From: Fervidicoccaceae archaeon
GTDB taxonomy: Archaea > Thermoproteota > Thermoprotei_A > Sulfolobales > Fervidicoccaceae
Assembly (NCBI GenBank): GCA_038734945.1
Contig: JAVYOA010000004.1
Location: 17,859 to 41,858 of the forward strand
Reading direction: 5' to 3'
Length of the DNA stretch: 24,000 nucleotides
Both the position numbers and the translations under genes were made by a program. Shown here in pieces: positions 1-7,250 of this stretch. The notes below the pieces were generated by a model. It had not been told where the DNA came from, did no database searches, and was given only the letters and a program-made list of their open reading frames with translations. Positions within the stretch are counted from its first letter, which is position 1. Every line of letters starts with the position of its first letter.

Positions 1-2
1 GA

Positions 3-14
3 AAAGCTTAAATG
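3..14 (+). promoter_or_regulatory. BRE/TATA-like box for the tRNA-Gln 5' half
   Basis: AAAGCTTAAATG ends about 25 nt upstream of the first tRNA nucleotide (40). This is the usual archaeal TATA-to-start spacing. Confidence 0.4.
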
Positions 15-39
15 ACCTTTTGAGCAGAAAAATATACGA

Positions 40-77
40 AGCCGGGTAGTCTAGCGGCCAAGGATGCGGGGCTCTGG
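40..77 (+). tRNA. tRNA-Gln(CUG) 5' half (positions 1-37 only); split-tRNA half or truncated tRNA gene
   Basis: AGCCGGG-TA-GTCT-AGCGGCCAA-GGAT-G-CGGGG-CUCUGG folds as acceptor 5' strand, D arm, anticodon-stem 5' strand and loop with anticodon CTG (74-76). A1 is typical of archaeal tRNA-Gln. After G37 the sequence is TCCTCCTCCTCAACCCCC. The matching CCCCG strand, a T arm and the CCCGGCT acceptor 3' strand were not seen on either strand of the window. Confidence 0.55.
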
Positions 78-327
78 TCCTCCTCCTCAACCCCCAAGCT
101 CCTACTTGAAGTTTATCTGAGCTCCATCCCTTGAGAGATCTCAATGCATTGAAGTGCAATGAGCTGAGGAGGAAAATTACAGCATAACCTTTTTCTTAAA
201 AGCATCCTAGATTCTCAGCAGCACATGCTTTCATAGCATTACTAAAAAAGAATCATTTTCTATTTTTCAGGGAAAAAAGCAATCAACGGAAAACTTTTTT
301 AAAAAAATAGAACAACAATGCCTTGAG

Positions 328-1317
328 GTGCTTTTGTTGGCAAGGGTCCTTGTGACATTCAAGCTGAATGAGGAATTCAAGGAGATTCTTGAGAGAAGCG
401 GTGAGTCCTTTTCAATTTACTCTGGCTCTGAACCTTTTGAATCCTGGTTCGAGAGGGAAAGCAGGGATGCAGTAGTAGCAATAGTCTTTCCTGGGCAGCC
501 CTTTGGTGAGAAGGAAATCCTTCAATCTCCCAAGCTCAAGCTGATAATTGTTCATGGATCTGGATTGGATAAAGTTGACATAAGGGCAGCATCATCCAGA
601 GGTGTATGCGTAGCCAATGCTCCAGACGAGATAGCTGTGGCTGTTGCTGAGCACTCTCTTGCACTAACCATGGCTGCCTTGAGAAAAATAACTGTTGGAG
701 ACTCCATAATTAGAGAGGGGAAATGGGTTAGGGGAATACAGTCATCTCTCACTGGGAGAAGCATAAAAGCACTCCAGGTAGGAGTGGTCGGGCTGGGAAG
801 AATAGGTTCAGAGGCTGCCAGAATATTCTCCAGCTTGGGAAGCAGAGTGGTCTACTGGGACAGAAGGAGGAAGCCTGAGATAGAGCATGCGCTGGGAATA
901 ACATATGCAGGCCTTGAAGATCTTTTCAAAACATCCGATGTCATCATAGTTTCCATTGCCCTCACAGAGCAGACGAGAAGGATAATTGGAGAGAGGGAAA
1001 TAAACAGCATGAAAAGAGGGGCACTGCTGGTCAATGTCTCCAGAGGCCAAGTCATAGATGAAAGGGCCCTCATAGAGAGGCTCAAAAAGGAAGAAATATA
1101 TGCAGCTCTCGACGTCTTTGAGGAGGAGCCAATTGGAAAAGATCACCCGCTTTCCCAGCTAAGGAACACAGTTCTCACTCCCCATGTCGCTGGTTTCACA
1201 TATGAGGCTCTAAACGGCACAAGTAAGATGGTTATTGAATGGTCCATTGACTTTCTCAGGAAAGGCAAGCTGCCTTATACAGTTGTGAATCTGGAAAGCT
1301 GCTCGTCTAGGCTCTGA
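328..1317 (+). CDS. D-isomer-specific 2-hydroxyacid dehydrogenase (glyoxylate/hydroxypyruvate reductase or PGDH-like)
   Basis: NAD-binding motif VGVVGLGRIGSEAARIF and C-terminal LTPHVAG motif; length typical of the family. The true start is probably the in-frame TTG at 334/337, just after GAGGTG (325-330). Confidence 0.85.
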   Translation: MLLLARVLVTFKLNEEFKEILERSGESFSIYSGSEPFESWFERESRDAVVAIVFPGQPFGEKEILQSPKLKLIIVHGSGLDKVDIRAASSRGVCVANAPDEIAVAVAEHSLALTMAALRKITVGDSIIREGKWVRGIQSSLTGRSIKALQVGVVGLGRIGSEAARIFSSLGSRVVYWDRRRKPEIEHALGITYAGLEDLFKTSDVIIVSIALTEQTRRIIGEREINSMKRGALLVNVSRGQVIDERALIERLKKEEIYAALDVFEEEPIGKDHPLSQLRNTVLTPHVAGFTYEALNGTSKMVIEWSIDFLRKGKLPYTVVNLESCSSRL

Positions 1318-1407
1318 TTTTAAAAAGATCTCATGAACTCGAGGTCATCCTTTGTTCCACCTCTTTTAAACCTAGTGAAGACCATATTTCCTATCAGGGA
1401 CCAAAAA

Positions 1408-2073
1408 ATGTCAGCAATTGATAAGTTCGGCAAGAAGTGGAGTCCACAGGAATCGGAAAACATATTTGATAAGGTGAAGGCAAGGATTGCTCCTCCCCCA
1501 CCTGTTAGATACAGGATCACAATGGCCCTGTTCAAAATAAAGGTTCAGAAGAACAGACTTGAGTACACTCTGAATAAGCTTCAGGAGAGATCCAATTCAC
1601 TCTTCGAAAAGGTAGTGGATGCACAAGTAAAGAAGGACATGGACAGAGCAGCTATGTACGCCTCCGAAGTTGCTGAAGTGAGAAAGGTAGCTAAGACAAT
1701 ACTCAGCTCAATATTTGCTCTTGAGAGAATAGGGCTGAGGCTTGAGACTGTTAGAGATGTTGGAGATCTCGTTTCCGCAATGGGCCCAGTCGTTGGCGTG
1801 GTAAAGGAAGTAAAGCAGAACCTGATGGGAATAATGCCCGAAGTGGCATTCGAGCTAGGAGAAGTAGACGAGATACTGCAGTCCACAGTCACAGAGCTAG
1901 GAGAGTTCACCGGAATACAGATGAGCAACATCTACGTCTCAGAGGAAGCCAAGAAGGTAATGGAGGAAGCATCTGCAATCGCGGAGCAGAGAATGAAGGA
2001 GCAGTTCCCAGAGCTGCCAACTGGAGGCTCTTTGAACCTTCCAGCCCCTCCATCTGCCAATACCAACAAGTAA
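1408..2073 (+). CDS. cdvB: ESCRT-III / Snf7-family cell-division protein (CdvB paralog, no winged-helix tail)
   Basis: Helical protein with blocks remembered from crenarchaeal CdvB paralogs: KF..KW, PP.RYR, LQER...LFEKVV, AAMYA.E.AE.RK, ALE...LRLETV, EA...AEQRMKE.FPELP. The ORF is open from 1333, but a TTTTAAAAAG TATA-like box at 1318-1327 and the N-terminal similarity favour the ATG at 1408. Confidence 0.75.
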   Translation: MSAIDKFGKKWSPQESENIFDKVKARIAPPPPVRYRITMALFKIKVQKNRLEYTLNKLQERSNSLFEKVVDAQVKKDMDRAAMYASEVAEVRKVAKTILSSIFALERIGLRLETVRDVGDLVSAMGPVVGVVKEVKQNLMGIMPEVAFELGEVDEILQSTVTELGEFTGIQMSNIYVSEEAKKVMEEASAIAEQRMKEQFPELPTGGSLNLPAPPSANTNK

Positions 2074-2163
2074 AACAACATACATGCAGTAAAAAGGGAG
2101 CATCAAACAAAATTTTTACATTTTTTGGATAAATTTATATATTTTTAACCAAATATTTTTTCG

Positions 2164-3147
2164 ATGATTGAAATGATGAGCACATCTCAGTCCATACATT
2201 CTCCAGCGAAGGGGGAGGATGAAAAGGAGGCCATAATTCTAGGACACTGCATTCTGAACATGAACACAAGGGCACCTGGGATTGCTGTCTGGGAAGGAGG
2301 AATTGTTCCAGTATTGAGAGCGCTGAAGCGCTATTATGGTGAAAAGCATCAATACCCCTGTCTCGAAGCATCTGTTGTTGGCATGAGGAGATGGTGGCAT
2401 GTAAAGGAGCAGTACAATACTTTCACCTTCAGATTTCTCTCTCAGAGGCTTTCCCAGATGTATTCCCATCATTTTCTGAGAAACGGCATAACCAAAGTTA
2501 AAGTCCTCGGCTTGGGCCTCAGTCCAACATGCGGCCTCAGATACACACAGAGCGATCCAACATATGGGGGAAGGCCCAGAGAGATAGATCCCTCAAGAAT
2601 AATAAAGAGGGGAAAGGGCGTTCTCATTGAGGAGATGGACAGCGAGTTCAAGAGGGCTGGACTAGATGCGAGCATCCTCGACGTCTCCCCCTCTTTAATT
2701 TATCCAGAATATGAAGAAAGAATATCGAATGCAGGAGAATACCCAGCAACACCATATGAGGCGCTTGAAGAGATAGAGTCATTCCTAGAAGTCAAGTTAG
2801 CATTCAGGGATGAGGAAATATCCCGCATAAGCTCACTGAAAGAGGACATTCGCTCCAAGAGGACACTGGTCATTCCAAGAAAGCTCCTCGATACACACAT
2901 TGACGCTCTCATTGGATATGCAGAGAGAGGAGTAGGCATAACATTGATAGAGGACATATACGGGAATGAGGAGGAAAGGGAGCTTCTATCGTTCATATAT
3001 GCATCCATGCTGGCAAACATGGTCCTTGCTGATCACAGCATAAGAATAGCTGTTGGAAATGGAGAATCCGATGAGCTTGTTGAGAGCATCATGGAGAAGC
3101 TGGAGGAGTCCAGGATTCTGCAAAAAATCAGCATTAGAAAGATATAG
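2164..3147 (+). CDS. Uncharacterised protein: N-terminal DUF523/TudS-like three-Cys domain plus unknown acidic helical C-terminal domain
   Basis: 327-aa ORF preceded by TATA-like AAATTTATATATTTTT. Cys29 (GHCILNMNTRAPG), Cys66 (YPCLEASVVGMRR) and Cys123 (SPTCG) resemble the three conserved Cys contexts of DUF523. This is remote similarity judged by eye. Confidence 0.6.
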   Translation: MIEMMSTSQSIHSPAKGEDEKEAIILGHCILNMNTRAPGIAVWEGGIVPVLRALKRYYGEKHQYPCLEASVVGMRRWWHVKEQYNTFTFRFLSQRLSQMYSHHFLRNGITKVKVLGLGLSPTCGLRYTQSDPTYGGRPREIDPSRIIKRGKGVLIEEMDSEFKRAGLDASILDVSPSLIYPEYEERISNAGEYPATPYEALEEIESFLEVKLAFRDEEISRISSLKEDIRSKRTLVIPRKLLDTHIDALIGYAERGVGITLIEDIYGNEEERELLSFIYASMLANMVLADHSIRIAVGNGESDELVESIMEKLEESRILQKISIRKI

Positions 3148-3225
3148 ATATTTGAAGCATTTCAGCCTGGTTTTCATATCATCGCCAGCGGCTCATCGCT
3201 TTTAACCATCATCATCAGCACAAGA

Positions 3226-4542
3226 TCAAATGAACAGGGATCTCCCTGCATATCTTGCCTCTCCATCGAGCTCCCACTCAACTTCGAGCAGCCTGTTGTA
3301 CTTGCTTGTCCTCTCTCCTCTTGCCGGCGCTCCCGTCTTTATTCCCTCAGACTCAATCGCTATGGAAAGATCGGCTATGAAGGAGTCATCCGTATCTCCG
3401 CTCCTGTGGCTCACTACTCTCTTAAGACCGCTCTCCAGAGCTAGAACTGAAAAATCAACGGTCTCGCTTACAGTTCCAACCTGGTTCGGCTTTATTAGAA
3501 CTGCAGACACAGCCCTTCTCTCAAGAGCCATTCTAAGCCTCTTAACATTAGTAGTTAGAAGATCATCTCCAACAATTATTGTCTTTCTCCTCCTCATCTC
3601 CTCAGTTATGGCTGCGAACATAGAGAAATCATCCTCTGCGAAGGGATCCTCAATCAGCTTAACTGGATAGGAATCAACTAGCTTAATATATATCTCCATC
3701 AGCTCTCCAGCATCTATTTTCTTCCCGCTTACCCTGTACATCTTCTCCTCTTCGCTGAAGAAGCTTGAGGCAGCAGCATCAATACCAAGGGAGAAGTCCT
3801 CCTCCATCCTGTAGCCAGCAGCCTGCACTGATTCAGAGATCAGCTTCAGAGCATCTTCAGGCTCACTTATTGGAGGAGCAAATCCCCCCTCATCCCCAAC
3901 CGAGGTGAATATGCTTCCATACTTCTCCTTTACTCTATCCTTCAGTGAAAAGTACACCTCAACAGATGCCCAGAGAGCATCGGAGAACCTTGAGAAGCCA
4001 TGGGGTATCAATAGAAACTCCTGAAAGCTGAGGGGATTTCCAGCATGCTTACCCCCATTTATTATGTTCAGAAGAGGAGTTGGGATTCTCCTCCTCAGAG
4101 CTCCCCCGAGCACAGCATAGAGAGGCACTTCCTTCACATAGGAGAGGAGCCTGGCTGCAGCCATGCTTACTCCTATTATAGCATTCCCACCAATCTTTGA
4201 CTTGTTCTCCGTTCCATCGATTGAAATGAGAAGATCATCAATTTTCCTAATGTTTTCAATGTCCTCCCCAACAATTGCCTGGGCAACAACATCTGTTATG
4301 TTTGCTGCAGCCCTTCTCACCCCCCTTCCCCTAACCCTTCTCTCCCCATCTCTCAGCTCAAAGGCCTCATTCTTTCCAGTGCTTGCTCCTGATGGGACAG
4401 AGGCGCATGCTGTCTTTCCACAGGCCTGCAGGCAGACCTTAAGTGTAGGATTTCCCCTTGAATCGAGTATCTCGATAGCACTTACCTTATCGATTACACA
4501 TCTGTTCATGCTCCAAGACACCTCCAGGGAAATTGAGCTCAA
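3226..4542 (-). CDS. eno: Enolase (phosphopyruvate hydratase)
   Basis: Canonical enolase motifs: IEILDSRGNPTLKV, SVPSGASTGKNEAFELRDG, GDDLLTTN, IKPNQVGTVSET, SHRSGDTDDSFIADLSIA. An alternative start at 4509 (MNRCVIDKV...) matches typical enolase N-termini. Confidence 0.95.
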   Translation of the reverse strand: MSSISLEVSWSMNRCVIDKVSAIEILDSRGNPTLKVCLQACGKTACASVPSGASTGKNEAFELRDGERRVRGRGVRRAAANITDVVAQAIVGEDIENIRKIDDLLISIDGTENKSKIGGNAIIGVSMAAARLLSYVKEVPLYAVLGGALRRRIPTPLLNIINGGKHAGNPLSFQEFLLIPHGFSRFSDALWASVEVYFSLKDRVKEKYGSIFTSVGDEGGFAPPISEPEDALKLISESVQAAGYRMEEDFSLGIDAAASSFFSEEEKMYRVSGKKIDAGELMEIYIKLVDSYPVKLIEDPFAEDDFSMFAAITEEMRRRKTIIVGDDLLTTNVKRLRMALERRAVSAVLIKPNQVGTVSETVDFSVLALESGLKRVVSHRSGDTDDSFIADLSIAIESEGIKTGAPARGERTSKYNRLLEVEWELDGEARYAGRSLFI

Positions 4543-4628
4543 TTACACAGAGGGCTCCCAATTTAATATAGGATAACGATCAAATATAATATTCTAGTGC
4601 ATTAAGCATTTCCATGAGTTGATTCATC

Positions 4629-4940
4629 ATGCCCAAGGCCCAGAAAAAAGCTAATGTCTGTCCAATCTGCGGAACAGAGGTATCCTCTCCAGACAAAACC
4701 TGGAACCTCATCTCACCATTACCAGATGAGATGGGAAGGATAACAGTGACACTTATGGGATCCTTCACCTGCCCAAACTGCGGTTATAAATGGAAGGGCG
4801 TCATCTCAAAGATAAAGGTCGGGGGAAGCGAGGTCGAAGTTGAGGCAGGCGGAAAGAAGAAGAGCATAAAGGGTAAGGCAGAGGAGGAGAGCAGAAAAGA
4901 GGTAATCATTGTAAACCTAGATGAGAATGAGGAGGAGTAA
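4629..4940 (+). CDS. Small zinc-ribbon protein (CPxCG-type) with Lys/Glu-rich tail
   Basis: Two CxxC pairs (CPICG ... CPNCG) and a charged C-terminus. Divergent from eno, with AT-rich promoter boxes between them. Confidence 0.6.
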   Translation: MPKAQKKANVCPICGTEVSSPDKTWNLISPLPDEMGRITVTLMGSFTCPNCGYKWKGVISKIKVGGSEVEVEAGGKKKSIKGKAEEESRKEVIIVNLDENEEE

Positions 4941-4947
4941 AGGAGAA

Positions 4948-4958
4948 ATTTTTAAGGG
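4948..4958 (+). promoter_or_regulatory. TATA-like box for tRNA-Thr
   Basis: AATTTTTAAGG ends about 26 nt upstream of the tRNA 5' end (4985). Confidence 0.4.
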
Positions 4959-4984
4959 ACATTTTCAGAAAAAAGGAGAAGTGA

Positions 4985-5075
4985 GCCGCCGTAGCTCAGC
5001 GGGTAGGCCTCATGGGCCCTCAGCGCCAGCCTTGTAAGCTGGTGGTCGCGGGTTCGAGTCCCGCCGGCGGCTCCA
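4985..5075 (+). tRNA. tRNA-Thr(UGU) with a 15-nt non-canonical intron in the D arm and encoded CCA
   Basis: GCCGCCG-TA-GCTC-AGCGGGTA-G[GCCTCATGGGCCCTC]AGC-G-CCAGC-CTTGTAA-GCTGG-TGGTC-GCGGG-TTCGAGT-CCCGC-CGGCGGC-T-CCA. Removing 5007-5021 restores the D stem GCTC/GAGC. The anticodon is TGT. Confidence 0.9.
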
Positions 5076-5846
5076 CACTCTGTTTGTGATGATTTGCAAG
5101 CAATTGTTTCAGACTGCTTTCATATGTTATGAGACGATTTAAGTAATATTGCTGATACTAGGAAAAAACTTTAGGAATAGATTGTGAAGCTTTGGCACGA
5201 TGTGCTGAACTTCTTGGATTTGTACAAGATGATAGAACCATTCACATGCTTCTGCCTTATGGTTTAGCTGGCTCCAAAGAACAAGCTTTACAAAGAAGAT
5301 CTCTGCCATGAAAAAACAACCATGGATCAGTTTCTAGAGGTCAATGAAAATATTTTAGTGCAACGTTACTGTCATGATTGTATTTCTCACCTGTAATAAG
5401 GAACGATATTGAATCCACCCTGTACTTGACAACCAGGAACCTTTCTGAAAAGTAGAAAAATTCCTCAACTCCTCCAAACCATAAACGACCAAGTTGCCTG
5501 GAGACCTGCCCTGATAGAGAATGAGAGCAATAAAATGATAGCTGAAGAACAACTGAAGAAGGAAGTTGTAATGAATTTCGGAGGATCCGTTTGTTCGCTT
5601 TAAGGTCTTCAACTTTATCAGCATTTGGCAGGTATGTCTCTGTCTTTTCCCTTTAGCTTCCTAAGACCCTTGATATCATATATCGAAACAATTTTACCAA
5701 CAACATCTCCAGTTAAAATCAGATTTTGGTTGAAAGCGACTTCATGACAGTCTACTTGCCCCTTTTCCACTACTTCAAGTCCTGCAGACAGTTAATAGTA
5801 CCAAGCAGAATGACACAATAATTGAGAGAGACCCTCTAGTGCCTGG

Positions 5847-6130
5847 ATGCGGGTCACAGAAAAGGTCTTTCAATACATCAGGAAGCTAGTTGGTGAATCG
5901 CCGTATAAAGCATATAAGGATGTAGATTCGGCGTTAAACCAGGTTTACTTCATAAAAATCAAGGAAAAACGAGTAGATGGAAAGCTAGTGATAACAAACC
6001 CACACAAGCCTGAGCAGAAAAAGAAGGTCAAGCAAATAGAAGCTTTAGTCGAGCCAGACCATATATATCCACTAATCAGATGGAGTGGGTAAAGATATGT
6101 CGGTCTTTGTAGAAATACGAACGTTGTAAG
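5847..6130 (+). pseudogene. Fragment resembling the C-terminal TaqI-like/HsdS-like specificity region of an N6-adenine methyltransferase or type IIG restriction enzyme (frameshifted)
   Basis: ...IEALVEPDHIYPLIRWSG stops, then continues in the +1 frame as GKDMSVF.... Together these resemble the remembered motif hE.E..YPLl+G+Dh. Surrounding frames are broken. Confidence 0.3.
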
Positions 6131-6962
6131 TTACTGCTGTTGTGCAGTAAAATCGCTTTTCAAAAGAAGGCTAAGGAGTTCAAATTTTTCAGCTTACATG
6201 TATGATAGAATCTTAATACTCCTAAGAGTTGGAGTTGATCGACAAAATACCCAATGGGACGAGCTCTTGGAAGTGGGTAGCAACATCAGTTTTGAGGAAA
6301 TCAAGCTCCTTCTTCAGCGAAGAAAAGTGAAGATAGTATTATAGGATTTGCAGTAACACAGCTCAGGGATGCGAGGGCGATGAGGTCATCGTGGCCGATG
6401 ATTTAACGGTTCTTATACCAGAGGTGCTTCAAGGTGTTAATAAAATAGCAATACCTGACTATATTAAGAGAAGTACCCCATGTACCTAGGAAACCCTACA
6501 GAGGAGGAGAACTAAGAAGTACCAGATGATCAGTTGGAACTTCAAGTGGGAGGACTGCGTCATGGTGGATATACCTAGGGAATCACAGACAGATTCGTTT
6601 ACGAATTTAAAACAAACAGGAACCCGTTTCTATAGAACACCGTCAAGCCTGGGGCATTCACACAAGCAGATTTCTAAAGGTATTTATCTAGAGAAACTAG
6701 AATATGGATGGAAAAGTCTGTGGGAGAAATGCGATGGAGACGCTGAAAAAATTAAAAAAGTGAATGCCGGAGTCAAACTTCGCGCTCTAACAAGTGGAAG
6801 TGCTGAGCTTGTGAATTCATAGAAAGATGTTCAAGAGAAATTGTTTGGGATGCTTCAATGAGCCTCAGATAATATAGGTGAAGGGAAAGGGATGAATGTA
6901 TATGAAATACACAAAATTCGATTTTATCTCGAGCATACCTCAACATACAAAAACCTCTTTTA

Positions 6963-7250
6963 CTAACTCTGAGAACTATGGTATAGGCTGATAGTATGGA
7001 ATTCATTACCACCTACTACGATATTCAAGGGCAACAGCAGCTCAACGTAGTACCAGGCTTCATGCTGCGCGTTGCGATTGCTTACACACTCCACTGCGTC
7101 TCCGCTCCATCGAAGTCTACAAGTTTCATACCCAAATTTGGATAGACAAATGAGTCCCTCAATGATCTTTATCGTCCCCATTGTCCCAACTTTTCCAATT
7201 ATTGGGGAGCTCTTTACATTGAAGGTACGGGTGAGAGAAAAACAAATCAT
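6963..7250 (-). CDS. Hypothetical 95-aa protein, possibly a truncated LamG/concanavalin-like fragment
   Basis: Its ATG overlaps the TGA of the upstream glycosyltransferase (ATGA at 7247-7250), which suggests translational coupling. The C-terminal VVGGNEFH is weakly LamG-like. The next ORF downstream is in another frame. Confidence 0.4.
   Translation of the reverse strand: MICFSLTRTFNVKSSPIIGKVGTMGTIKIIEGLICLSKFGYETCRLRWSGDAVECVSNRNAQHEAWYYVELLLPLNIVVGGNEFHTISLYHSSQS

Noticed and set aside
78-130. Attempt to read AACCCCCAAGCTCCTACTTGAAGTTTATC as the missing 3' part of tRNA-Gln after a 12-nt intron
   Set aside because: CCCCC would leave a C:C mismatch at 27:43. The would-be T arm (CCTAC/TTGAAGT/TTATC) cannot pair, and no acceptor 3' strand CCCGGCT follows.
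181-239. AGCAT at 181, 201 and 235 plus ATGCT(TT) at 225, which could form mutually exclusive hairpins (attenuator-like)
   Set aside because: The elements are only 5-7 nt and could arise by chance in AT-rich intergenic DNA. No supporting conserved structure is visible.
2172-2240. C-box-like ATGATGA at the 5' end of ORF 2164-3147
   Set aside because: No CTGA D or D' boxes at the required spacing. It simply encodes Met-Met-Ser within the start of a long ORF.
5086-5155. GTGATGA ... CTGA 70 nt apart, directly downstream of tRNA-Thr (possible tRNA-C/D sRNA dicistron)
   Set aside because: No D' box 12 nt after the C box. The only C'-like element (ATGAGA) is 17 nt from the D box. There is no terminal stem, so the spacing rules are violated.
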